This document shows positions 1 to 13,100 of a DNA stretch of 64,000 nt, piece by piece. The DNA is from Macrostomum hystrix. Its lineage: Eukaryota; Animalia; Platyhelminthes. How positions within the stretch are numbered: position 1 is the stretch's first letter; each line of letters opens with the position of its first letter. A program made the position numbers and the translations under genes. The notes below the pieces were generated by a model. It saw only the letters and a list, made by a program, of their open reading frames with translations. It ran no database searches and was not told where the DNA came from. The DNA is taken from contig CATNEN010000029.1 of assembly GCA_950097015.1 (NCBI GenBank), positions 4,030,001 through 4,094,000 of the forward strand, read 5' to 3'.

Positions 1-1638
1 CTTTGAGATGCCATTCTCATGTGGCTTTGAGATGCGATTCTCATGTGGCTTTGCGATGCCATTCTCATGTGGCTTTGAGATGCCATTCTCATGTGGCTTT
101 GAGATGCCATTCTCATGTGGCTTTGAGATGCCATTCTCATGTGGCTTTGAGATGCGATTCTCATGTGGCTTTGCGATGCCATTCTCATGTGGCTTTGAGA
201 TGCCATTCTCATGTGGCTTTGAGATGCCATTCTCATGTGGCTTTGAGATGCCATTCTCATGTGGCTTTGAGATGCGATTCTCATGTGACTATGAGATGCG
301 ATTCTCATGTAACTGTGAGATGCGATTCTCATGTGGCTTTGAGATGCGATTCTCATGTGGCTTTGAGATGCGATTCTCATGTGGCTTTGCGATGCGATTC
401 TCATGTGGCTTTGAGATGCGATTCTCATGTGGCTTTGAGATGCCATTCTCATGTGGTTTTGAGATGCCATTCTCATGTGGCTTTGCGATGCGATTCTCAT
501 GTGGCTTTGAGATGCCATTCTCATGTGGCTTTGCGATGCGATTCTCATGAGGCTTTGAGATGCCATTCTCATGTGGCTTTGAGATGCCATTCTCATGTGG
601 TTTTGAGATGCCATTCTCATGTGGCTTTGAGATGCGATTCTCATGTGGCTTTGAGATGCGATTCTCATGAGGCTTTGAGATGCCATTCTCATGTGGCTTT
701 GAGATGCGATTCTCATGTGGCTTTGAGATGCGATTCTCATGTGGCTTTGAGATGCCATTCTCATGTGGCTTTGAGATGCCATTCTCATGTGACTGTGAGA
801 TGCGATTCTCATGTGGCTTTGAGATGCCATTCTCATGTGGCTTTGAGATGCCATTCTCATGTGGCTTTGAGATGCCATTCTCATGTGGCTTTGAGATGCG
901 ATTCTCATGTGGCTTTGAGATGCGATTCTCATGTGGCTTTGAGATGCCATTCTCATGTGGCTTTGAGATGCGATTCTCATGTGGCTTTGAGATGCCATTC
1001 TCATGTGGCTTTGAGATGCCATTCTCATGTGGCTTTGAGATGCCATTCTCATGTGGCTTTGAGATGCCATTCTCATGTGGCTTTGAGATGCCATTCTCAT
1101 GTGGCTTTGAGATGCCATTCTCATGTGGCTTTGAGATGCCATTCTCATGTGGCTTTGAGATGCGATTCTCATGTGGCTTTGCGATGCCATTCTCATGTGG
1201 CTTTGAGATGCCATTCTCATGTGGCTTTGAGATGCGATTCTCATGTGGCTGTGAGATGCGATTCTCATGTGACTGTGAGATGCCATTCTCATGTGGCTTT
1301 GAGATGCCATTCTCATGTGGCTTTGAGATGCCATTCTCATGTGGCTTTGAGATGCGATTCTCATGTGGCTGTGAGATGCGATTCTCATGTGACTGTGAGA
1401 TGCCATTCTCATGTGGCTTTGAGATGCCATTCTCATGTGGCTTTGAGATGCCATTCTCATGTGGCTTTGAGATGCCATTCTCATGTGACTATGAGATGCG
1501 ATTCTCATGAGACTGTGAGATGCGATTCTCATGAGACTGTGAGAAGCGATTCTCATGTGACTGTGAGAAACGATTCTCATGTGACTGTGAGATGCGATTC
1601 TCATGTGACTGTGAGAAGCGATTCTCATGAGACTGTGG
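1..1638. repeat. 24-bp minisatellite (ctttgagatgccattctcatgtgg), truncated by the window start
   Basis: Direct tandem units; right-end variants shift to actgtgagatgcgattctcatgtg. Confidence 0.97.
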
Positions 1639-2127
1639 GATGAGAAAGAGCCGAAAATCCTCAAAGGTTGCATGAGGAATGCTGCTGGGACAGGGGTGGG
1701 AAATAAGACAACTGATCTATTCTAGTAATGTTGAGCACGCGAGAGCGAGTGGGTGGCTTTACACAGAGTGCGGCATGTTTGAGTGGGGCTAGAAAAAATT
1801 TTGTCCAGGACAAAGAATAGATTCTTCCTCACGACCAGAATTGTCTATTCCTGACGGAAAGAATAGACTTTTTTGTCGCCGATATGTGTGACAAGTTTTT
1901 GTCAGATCCTACAGATCCCCTGTTCCCATTGTCTTGTCTGGCTGCATGGGATGAGGTCGCGGCCGTGTGAAGGCTTTGTGTTTGTTGTCAGGCGAGCCGC
2001 TTTAGACAGAAAATATGCTTCTTCAGGTCCCGCTGGGGTTTGGAGACAAGTAAGATATTTCTCTGTTTTGCGTTTTCAAATTATTGTGGAAATGAATCGG
2101 GTGACGTTGGAATGCTGACAGAGTATC

Positions 2128-2770
2128 TTAGACATTAGGGGATTATGTATCTGAAGCCCATAGACATTAGGTGATCATGTATCTGAAGCCCATAGACATT
2201 AGGTAATCAAGTATCTGAAGCCCATAGACATTAGGGGATCATGTATCTGAAGCCCATAGACATTAGGTGATCAAGTATCTGAAGCCCTTAGACCTTAGGG
2301 GATCATGTATCTGAAGCCCATAGACATTAGGGGATCAAGTATCTGAAGCCCATAGACATTAGGTGGTTATGTATCTGAAGCCCATAGACATTAGGTGATC
2401 AAGTATCTGAAGCCCATAGACATTAGGGGATCAAGTATCTGAAGCCCATAGACATTAGGGGATCAAGTATCTGAAGCCCATAGACATTAGGGGATCAAGT
2501 ATCTGAAGCCCATAGACATTAGGGGATCAAGTATCTGAAGCCCATAGACATTAGGGGATCAAGTATCTGAAGCCCACAGACATTAGGGGATCATGTATCT
2601 GAAGCCCATAGACATTAGGGGATCAAGTATCTGAAGCCCATAGACATTAGGGGATCAAGTATCTGAAGCCCATAGACATTAGGTGATCAAGTATCTGAAG
2701 CTCATAGACATTAGGGGATCATGTATCTGAAGCCTATAGACTTCATTCGATTAAGCATCTGAAGCCCTTC
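2128..2770. repeat. 32-bp minisatellite (gtatctgaagcccatagacattaggggatcaa)
   Basis: About 20 tandem units with degenerate edges. Confidence 0.95.
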
Positions 2771-3659
2771 AATTTCAGAAGAATCAGCAGACATTGATTA
2801 GCCTTGGGATGAAAAATAATTGAAAAAAACTTGTCATCAATCAATGATTTCATGACAAGCTGGAATCCCATTTTGGGATCTTGCCTGTTTGGCTGCTCAG
2901 CTGCATAGAGAGACTGTTAGAGGGTGGTGAGGGGGGTGGGTTTAACCGATCGCTCAATCAAACTGATGATCGGGGGGGGAGGAGCCGACACTAAGCGCAG
3001 TTGCAGTCGATGGGTGCAGATGAAGGATCATGAGGGGTTAGGGTTGGAGGCTGAGGGAAGCGGAAGAGCGGAACTAGAAAGAGAAGAGAAGTCCGTCACT
3101 TTGTATAGTTAGTGATGGATGGCTGGCCATGGCCGCTGACATTGAAGGCTTTGCAGTGTCGGAAGCGCCAGCTACACAACACTCTCTCAGGGCAAAAAAA
3201 CTGTTGCTTGGACTAAACTTGACGGACGAAAAATGCAAAACTGAAGAAGAATAAAGAAACTTTGCCGCCAGAAGGTGGTGGTGGGAAGTTTGTCGGATCT
3301 GGGGTGGATGACGGTCTGGCCTGTCAGTCGTTTTTTGTATGCCCAAAGCGCATAGAGCCTTCTGCATGATGACCGACAACAGGGGTACACGGGCTCATTC
3401 ATCATTTCCCAGGACCCGGCACTGCCTGCCGCCTCCGCTGCAGCGCGATGCAGTCCGCTGCATGCTTGAGCCCGATCAATCAGTCAGGATCCGTCCAAGC
3501 CGCTGACAGACAGACAGACAGTCAGTCAGCCCGTCAGACTGTCGCACACACAGGCAAACACACACACACACAGTTGCACGCATCAACGACCCTTATTTTA
3601 CGAGGACTTTACTGCACTCACCAACCAAGCTCACCCCCATTTACCTCAAATCCCCAAAA

Positions 3660-4330
3660 GATTCCAAAACCGAATCCCGACTATAATCCCTAAAAGATCC
3701 CAAACTCAAATCTACAATGAAATCCCGATTGAACATACGAAAAAGATCCCAAACTCAAATCTACAATGAAATCCCAACTAGAATTCCCTAAAAGATCCTA
3801 AACTCAAATCTACAATGAAATCCAGACTAGAAATCCCTAAAAGATCCCAAACTCAAATCTACAATGAAATCCCAACTAGAATTCCCTAAAATATCCCAAA
3901 CTCAAATCTACAATTAAATCCCAACTGAAAATCCCAAAAAGATTCCAAACTCAAATCTACAATGAAATCCCAACTGAAAATCCCAAAAAGATCCCAAACT
4001 CAAATCTACAATGAAATCCCGACTGAAAATCCCAAAAAGATCCTAAACTCAAATCTACAATGAAATCCCGATTGAAAATCCCTAAAATATCCCAAACTCA
4101 AATCTACAATGAAATCCCGATTGAAAATCCCTAAAATATCGCAAACTCAAATCTACAATGAAATCCAGACTAGAAATCCCTAAAAGATTCCAAACTCAAA
4201 TATCCCACGAATCCCTACTAAAATCCCCGAGACATGCCAAAACCAAATATCTAATGAATCCTGGCCAAAATCCCTTAGAGATCCCAAACCCAAATATACC
4301 ATGAATCCATATCCCAATAGGATCCCAATC
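3660..4330. repeat. ~49-bp minisatellite (gatcccaaactcaaatctacaatgaaatcccaactagaattccctaaaa)
   Basis: Tandem units, degenerate at both ends. Confidence 0.9.
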
Positions 4331-5039
4331 CCGACTCTCCATAACATTCCAGACTTTCCGACCTCAAATCTCTCTAAAATTTCTGAACTGAAATCTCGTT
4401 AAAATTTAGTAGGTCCGGAAAAGCAAATTTTCAGGTTTTCTGCATAAAACAGAGAGACAACAGACCCAACTATTTGTGTCAGTCCGGAGGGTCCCGCGAC
4501 TATAAATTGCCTTTACGATCCCAAGGCAATTTATAGGCTTAGTCGGCGAGGGGTGCGACAATAAACTGCACAGTGAGTTTAGAGCCCGATAGCACAGGTT
4601 GGGCCATAAATTTTGAGACCCATTCTATATTACGTACGCGTATTACATACACACACCGCATGCTAAAAGCTGTACCCGGGATTTACGAGGCAATAATGCT
4701 ATATACCCCCCCGCCGGCGGCCAAGATAATAAAACTAGCTAATGGCCTAGCGGGGGCGGCACACAGAGAGGGGGGACTAATAAATACTTGAACGCATAAA
4801 AAGCGGCTACAATAAAAATTATTTTATTATTTATTATTCGCTTCCCGATTCCTGTTCCGACAGCACACGCGGTGACCGGGGGGGATGTTGAAATGTCCCG
4901 CAAGTTGTTCCTCACCCCCACCGACATCAGAAATCCTCTTAAATGTTTTCAACAATGTTTGCAAGCTTCATTATAAGAGTTCCAAAATACATGATCGGCA
5001 GTAGGAATGATCTAAATGTAGGTGATCACGCATTTTATC

Positions 5040-5310
5040 CACCTGGTAGACACGATAATCCGTCTGCTAGACACGATAATCCGTCTGTTAGACACGATAA
5101 TCCATCTGTTAGACACGATAATCCGTCTGTTAGACACGATAATCCGTCTGTTAGACACGATAATCCGACTGTTAGACACAATAACCCGTCTGTTAGACAC
5201 AATAACCCGTCTGTTAGACACGATAATCCATCTGTTAGACACGAAAATCCGTCTGCTATACATGATTATCCATCTTTTAGAATCGATAATCCATCAGCTA
5301 GACTTATTAA
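5040..5310. repeat. 21-bp minisatellite (agacacgataatccgtctgtt)
   Basis: Tandem units; produces the RHDNPSV repeat ORF. Confidence 0.93.
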
Positions 5311-6780
5311 TATCTGTTAGATACACACCTACCTGTTACACACAGACCTACTTATCTGTTAGACACAGGCCTAACTACCTGTTGGCACGAATTAACAACC
5401 TGTTAGACACAGACCTACCTACCTGTTAGACACAGGCGTAACTACCTGTTATACACAGACCTACCTACCTGTTGGACGCAGACCTAACTGCCAGTTAGAA
5501 ACAGACATACCGACCGGTTAGACACAGACCTAACTACCTGTTAGAAACAGACATACCGACCGGTTAGACACAGACATACCTGTTAGAAACAGACATACCG
5601 ACCGGTTAGACACAGACCTAACTACCTGTTAGACACAGACCTAACTACCTGTTAGACACAGACCTAACTACCTGTTAGACACAGACATACCGACCGGTTA
5701 GACACAGACCTAACTACCTGTTAGAAACAGACATACCGACCGGTTAGACACAGACCTAACTACCTGTTAGAAACAGACATACCGACCGGTTAGACACAGA
5801 CCTAACTACCTGTTAGAAACAGACATACCGACCGGTTAGACACAGACCTAACTACCTGTTAGAAACAGACATACCGACTGGTTAGACACAGACCTAACTA
5901 CCTGTTAGAAACAGACATACCGACCGGTTAGACACAGACCTAACTACCTGTTAGAAACAGACATACCGACTGGTTAGACACAGACCTAACTACCTGTTAG
6001 AAACAGACATACCGACCGGTTAGACACAGACCTAACTACCTGTTAGACACAGACCTAACTACCTGTTAGACACAGACCTAACTGCCTGTTAGACACAGAC
6101 CTACCTACCTGTTAGACACAGACCTAACTACCTGTTAGACACAGACCTACCGACCTGTTAGACACAGACCTAACTACCTGTTAGAAACAGACATACCGAC
6201 CGGTTAGACACAGACCTAACTACCTGTTAGAAACAGACATACCGACCGGTTAGACACAGACCTAACTACCTGTTAGAAACAGACATACCGACTGGTTAGA
6301 CACAGACCTAACTACCTGTTAGAAACAGACATACCGACTGGTTAGACACAGACCAAACTGCCTGTTAGAAACAGACATACCGACTGGTTAGACACAGACC
6401 TAACTACCTGTTAGAAACAGACATACCGACCGGTTAGACACAGACCAAACTACCTGTTAGAAACAGACATACCGACCGGTTAGACACAGACCTAACTACC
6501 TGTTAGAAACAGACATACCGACCGGTTAGACACAGACCTAACTACCTGTTAGAAACAGACATACCGACCGGTTAGACACAGACCTAACTACCTGTTAGAA
6601 ACAGACATACCGACCGGTTAGACACAGACCAAACTACCTGTTAGAAACAGACATACCGACCGGTTAGACACAGACCTAACTACCTGTTAGAAACAGACAT
6701 ACCGACTGGTTAGACACAGACCAAACTACCTGTTAGACACAAACCTACCTGTTAGACACAGACGCATACCTGTTAGATAG
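5311..6780. repeat. 23-bp minisatellite with a 46-bp dimeric higher-order unit
   Basis: Alternating gttagacacagacctaactacct and gttagaaacagacataccgaccg. Confidence 0.93.
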
Positions 6781-7708
6781 TGACTACTTGTTAAACATAG
6801 CCAGTGTTTGTGTATGCCTGCTTATTAACCGTTTTTAGAGCTTAAAATCATTGCCAGACACCTAACACACACTGTTATGCAGCTGTCAACAAAGGCAATT
6901 ATTATTTCGCAGCGGTGAGGTTCAATATTTGCACCCGAAATACACCCCCGCTGTCTGTCTATTTTCTGTCATCTGTATCTCTGTATTCAAAACCCCGACA
7001 ACAGTTGAGTTTGATATAACCGCGCTTGTCAACAGGAGAAGAAAAATTAGAAATGGACTCCGTTGTCCTGTCACACGCGCACACAGATACAGGGAAGAGA
7101 TACTAGCGTTAAACCGCGTCACAAACCTAAACCGTCTTTCATTTCTGTGACAGGCACAAGAAGCAGACTTTGGGGTCCACTCCACACTAACTGATTAGAC
7201 AGGCATTGCATAGAAAACTTTGAATACTTTGTCAGCATATTCCAACCCCCCCTCCTGTTTAACCAGAAGGGCGGCGGCAATGATCAAAGGAGGCACAGCG
7301 CACAAACAAAATCTTGACTGTGCGAACTGGGTGCGCGCCAACCCCCCCCCTCCCCGCCCAACCAAACCGACAGGACCCGGTTTTCGGGTTTGACAATGAC
7401 AGTTGCAATCAATTTTAAAAAGACAAGCCCGGGCCGTTTAGCCAGAATATAAGAACCATACAAATTGATATATCAATTTCATTCCCACATAAGCTCAATG
7501 ATTTATTAGCATTGTCGATTCTTTCAGTTTGTTTGTTTGCCAGCTCACGATACCAATTTGATTCCCACAGCTCGAGCAATAAAAAATTACAGATTTCTCT
7601 ATGAAACAGACAAATCATAAGGCCTGTCTGTCTATAACACATAGTGGCCGCTGTAGCAAATTTTAATCTGCTAAATTATATCGATAAGCACACATTATTG
7701 CCTACAGC

Positions 7709-9607
7709 ACTGTGGTATGCGATTCTCATGTGACTGAGGTATGCGATTCTCATGTAACTGTGGTATGCGATTCTCATGTGACTGAGGTATGCGATTCTCA
7801 TGTGACTGAGGTATGCGATTCTCATGTAACTGTGGTATGCGATTCTCATGTGACTGAGGTATGCGATTCTCATGTGACTGAGGTATACGATTCTCATGTG
7901 ACTGAGGGATACGATTCTCACGGGACTGAGGTATACGATTCTCATGTGACTGAGGTATGCGATTCTCATGTGACTGAGGTATGCGATTCTCATGTGACTG
8001 TGGTATACGATTCTCATGGGACTGAGGTATACGATTCTCATGTGACTGAGGTATACGATTCTCATGTGACTGAGGTATGCGATTCTCATGCGACTGAGGG
8101 ATACGATTCTCACGGGACTGAGGTATGCGATTCTCATGTGACTGTGGTATACGATTCTCATGTGACTGAGGTATACGATTCTCATGTGACTGAGGTATAC
8201 GATTCTCATGTGACTGTGGTATACGATTCTCATGTGACTGAGGTATGCGATTCTCATGCGACTGAGGGATACGATTCTCACGGGACTGAGGTATGCGATT
8301 CTCAAATGACTGAGGGATACGATTCTCATGTGACTGAGGTATACGATTCTCATGTGACTGAGGTATACGATTCTCATGGGACTGAGGTATACGATTCTCA
8401 TGGGACTGAGGTATACGATTCTCATGTGACTGAGGTATACGATTCTCATGGGACTGAGGTATACGATTCTCACGAGACTGAGGTATACGATTTTCACGAG
8501 ACTGAGGTATACGATTCTCATGTGATTGAGTTATGCGATTCTCATGTGACTGAGGTATACGATTCTCATGTGACTGTGGTATGCGATTCTCATGTGACTG
8601 AGGTATACGATTCTCATGTGACTGAGGTATGCGATTCTCATGTGACTGTGGTATACGATTCTCATGTGACTGAGGTATGCGATTCTCATGTGACTGAGGG
8701 ATACGATTCTCACGAGACTGAGGTATGCGATCCTCAAATGACTGAGGTATGCGATTCTCAAATGACTGAGGGATACGATTCTCATGTGACTGAGGTATAC
8801 GATTCTCATGTGACTGAGGTATACGATTCTCACGTGACTGAGGTATACGATTCTCATGTGACTGTGGTATGCGATTCTCATGTGACTGAGTTATACGATT
8901 CTCATGTGACTGAGTTATACGATTCTCATGTGACTGAGGTATACGATTCTCATGTGACTGAGGTATGCGATTCTCATGAGACTGTGGTATGCGATTCTCA
9001 TGTGACTGTGGTATACGATTCTCATGTGACTGAGGGATGCGATTCTCATGTGACTGAGGTATGCGATTCTCATGTGACTGAGGTATACGATTCTCATGTG
9101 ACTGAGGGATGCGATTCTCATGTGACTGAGGTATGCGATTCTCATGTGACTGAGGTATGCGATTCTCATGAGACTGTGGTATGCGATTCTCATGTGACTG
9201 TGGTATACGATTCTCATGTGACTGAGGGATGCGATTCTCATGTGACTGAGGTATGCGATTCTCATGTGACTGCGGTATGCGATTCTCATGTGACTGTGGT
9301 ATGCGATTCTCATGTGACTGTGGTATACGATTCTCATGTGACTGCGGTATGCGATTCTCATGTGACTGAGGTATGCGATTCTCATGTGACTGCGGTATGC
9401 GATTCTCATGTGACTGTGGTATACGATTCTCATGTGACTGCGGTATGCGATTCTCATGTGACTGAGGTATGCGATTCTCATGTGACTGCGGTATGCGATT
9501 CTCATGTGACTGAGGTATGCGATTCTCATGTGACTGTGGTATGCGATTCTCATGTGACTGAGGTATACGATTCTCATGTGACTGCGGTATGCGATTCTCA
9601 TGTGACT
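7709..9607. repeat. 24-bp minisatellite (tgactgaggtatacgattctcatg), same family as 1-1638
   Basis: Tandem units sharing gattctcatgtgactg with the first array. Confidence 0.96.
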
Positions 9608-10184
9608 AGGCTAGGCCTTACAAAACACACGCCTAAGTGCCAAGCACAAAATGAGAGTGAATGAGAGGGAAGGAGAGGTACCCTTGTACCGACTAGTCGG
9701 CACTATCGTAGTTGGCATCGCATAATTTTTATTCGCGAGGGTTTACATCAAGCATGATGTTTATCTAGCATTTCATATCACAATCCGAATGCTAGATTAG
9801 TCCGTACTCCGTACCTGCAGCTAGTTTTTGCAATAACAACATCACCAGGCCCTAACTTAACTGTCGATGGTCGGGCGGCTAAATATGCCTTTGATGTTGA
9901 CTGTCTGTACTGTCGCCTAACATGCCGAAAGAGAGATTTCAGATTTCAAATCTGGGCACAAATTTGTGTGCTGCGTGTTTACACATTTGCCAGTATAGAC
10001 ACCAACAATTTTTAACGTGTGTGATCTGATTTATAAACCGACTGCGACAGGGTGAATCATTGCAGGATTTATGGCCACACTTACCTACATGTGTCATGTC
10101 ACCCTCTAACAAAATATAGTACTGAACAGGCGAAGACATTAGATTTGAAACCATATTTGATGCATACCAATACATATGACCACA

Positions 10185-13100
10185 CCCAGACCTAGATCTC
10201 ATCCTGAAACTCACCCAGTCAAAATCCCATCCTGAAACTCACACCCAGACTAAAATCCCATCCTGAAACTCACACCCAGACTAAAATCCCACCCTGAAAC
10301 TCACACCCAGACTAAAATCCCACCCTGAAACTCACACCCAGACTAAAATCCCACCCTGAAACTCCTACCCAGACTAAAATCCCATCCTGAAACTCACACC
10401 CAGACCAAAATCCCATCCTGAAGCTCACACCAGACCAAAATCCCATCCAAAAACTTACACCTAGACCTAGATCTCATGCTGAAACTCACCCAGTCAAAAA
10501 TCCATCCTGAAACTCACACCCAGACTAAAATCCTATCCTGAAGCTCACACCCAGACTAAAATCCCATCCTGAAACTCACACCCAGACTAAAATCTCATCC
10601 TGAAACTCACACCCAGATCAAAATCCTATCCTGAAACTCACACCCAGACTAAAATCCTATCCTGAAACTCACACCCAGACCAAAATCTCATCCTAAGACT
10701 CACACCCAGACCAAAATCTCATCCTAAGACTCACACCCAGACAAATATCCATCCAGAAGCTCACACCCAGACTAAAATCTTATCTTGAAACTCACACCCA
10801 GACTAAAATCCCATCCTGAAACTCACACCCAGACTAAAATCACATCCTAAAGCTCACACCCAGACCAAAATCCCATCCTAAAACTCACACCCAGACTAAA
10901 ATCCCATCCTGAAACTCACACCCAGACTAAAATCTCATCTTGAAGCTCACACCAGACCAAAATCCCAACCAGAAACTTACACCTAGACCTAGATCTCATG
11001 CTGAAACTCACCCAGTCAAAAATCCATCCTGAAACTCACACCCAGACTAAAATCCCTCCCTGAAACTCACACCCAGACTAAAATCCCATCCTGAAGCTCA
11101 CACCCAGACCAAAATCCCTTCCTGAAACTCACACCCAGACTAAAATCCCATCCTGAAACTCACACCCAGACTAAAATCCATCCTGAAACTCACACCCAGT
11201 CAAAAATCCATCCAGAAACTCACACCCAGACTAAAATCCCATCCTGAAACTCACACCCAGACTAAAATCCCATCCTGAAACTCACACCCAGACTAAAATC
11301 CATCCTGAAACTCACACCCAGTGAAAATCCCACCCTGAAACTCACACCCAGACCTAGATCTCATCCTGAAACTCACCCAGTGAAAATCCCACCTGAAACT
11401 CACACCCAGACTAAAATCCCATCCAGAAACTCACACCCAGGCTAAAATCCCATCCTGAAACTCACACCCAGACCAAAATCCCATCCTGAAGCTCACACCA
11501 GACCAAAATCCCATCCAGAAACTTACACCTAGACCTAGATCTCATGCTGAAACTCACCCAGTCAAAAATCCATCCTGAAACTCACACCCAGACTAAAATC
11601 CCATCCTGAAGCTCACACCCAGACTAAAATCCCATCCTGAAACTCACACCCAGACTAAAATCCCATCCTGAAGCTCACACCCAGACTAAAATCCCATCCT
11701 GAAACTCACACCCAGACTAAAATCCCATCCTGAAACTCACACCCAGACCAAAATCCTATCCTGAAGCTCACACCCAGACTAAAATCCCATCGTGAAACTC
11801 ACACCCAGACTAAAATCTCATCCTGAAACTCACACCCAGATCAAAATCCTATCCTGAAACTCACACCCAGACTAAAATCCCATCCTGAAACTCACACCCA
11901 GACCAAAATCTCATCCTAAGACTCACACCCAGACAAATATCCATCCAGAAGCTCACACCCAGACTAAAATCTTATCTTGAAACTCACACCCAGACTAAAA
12001 TCCCATCCTGAAACTCACACCCAGACTAAAATCACATCCTAAAGCTCACACCCAGACCAAAATCCCATCCTAAAACTCACACCCAGACTAAAATCCCATC
12101 CTGAAACTCACACCCAGACTAAAATCTCATCTTGAAGCTCACACCAGACCAAAATCCCAACCAGAAACTTACACCTAGACCTAGATCTCATGCTGAAACT
12201 CACCCAGTCAAAAATCCATCCTGAAACTCACACCCAGACTAAAATCCCTCCCTGAAACTCACACCCAGACTAAAATCTCATCTTGAAGCTCACACCAGAC
12301 CAAAATCCCATCCAGAAACTTACACCTAGACCTAGATCTCATGCTGAAACTCACCCAGTCAAAAATCCATCCTGAAACTCACACCCAGACTAAAATCCCT
12401 CCCTGAAACTCACACCCAGACTAAAATCCCATCCTGAAGCTCACACCCAGACTAAAATCCCATCCTGAAACTCACACCCAGACTAAAATCCCATCCTGAA
12501 ACTCACACCCAGACTAAAATCCCATCCTGAAACTCACACCCAGACTAAAATCCCATCCTGAAACTCACACCCAGACTAAAATCCCATCCTGAAACTCACA
12601 CCCAGACTAAAATCCCATCCTGAAGCTCACACCCAGACCAAAATTCCACCCTGAAACTCACACCCAGAACAAAATCCCATCCTGAAACTCACACCCAGAC
12701 TAAAATCTCATCTTGAAGCTCACACCAGACCAAAATCCCAACCAGAAACTTACACCTAGACCTAGATCTCATGCTGAAACTCACCCAGTCAAAAATCCAT
12801 CCTGAAACTCACACCCAGACTAAAATCCCTCCCTGAAACTCACACCCAGACTAAAATCCCATCCTGAAGCTCACACCCAGACCAAAATCCCTTCCTGAAA
12901 CTCACACCCAGACTAAAATCCCATCCTGAAACTCACACCCAGACTAAAATCCCATCCTGAAACTCACACCCAGACTAAAATCCCATCCTGAAACTCACAC
13001 CCAGACTAAAATCCCATCCTGAAACTCACACCCAGACTAAAATCCCATCCTGAAACTCACACCCAGACTAAAATCCCATCCTGAAACTCACACCCAGACT

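Noticed and set aside
2128-2770. TTAGGG within the 32-bp unit, suggesting telomeric repeat
   Set aside because: There is one isolated hexamer per unit and no (TTAGGG)n tract.
3-9664. Long ORFs (546 aa, 650 aa and others) with 8-aa periodicity
   Set aside because: They are translations of 24-bp minisatellites, open in several frames on both strands, with no unique domain.
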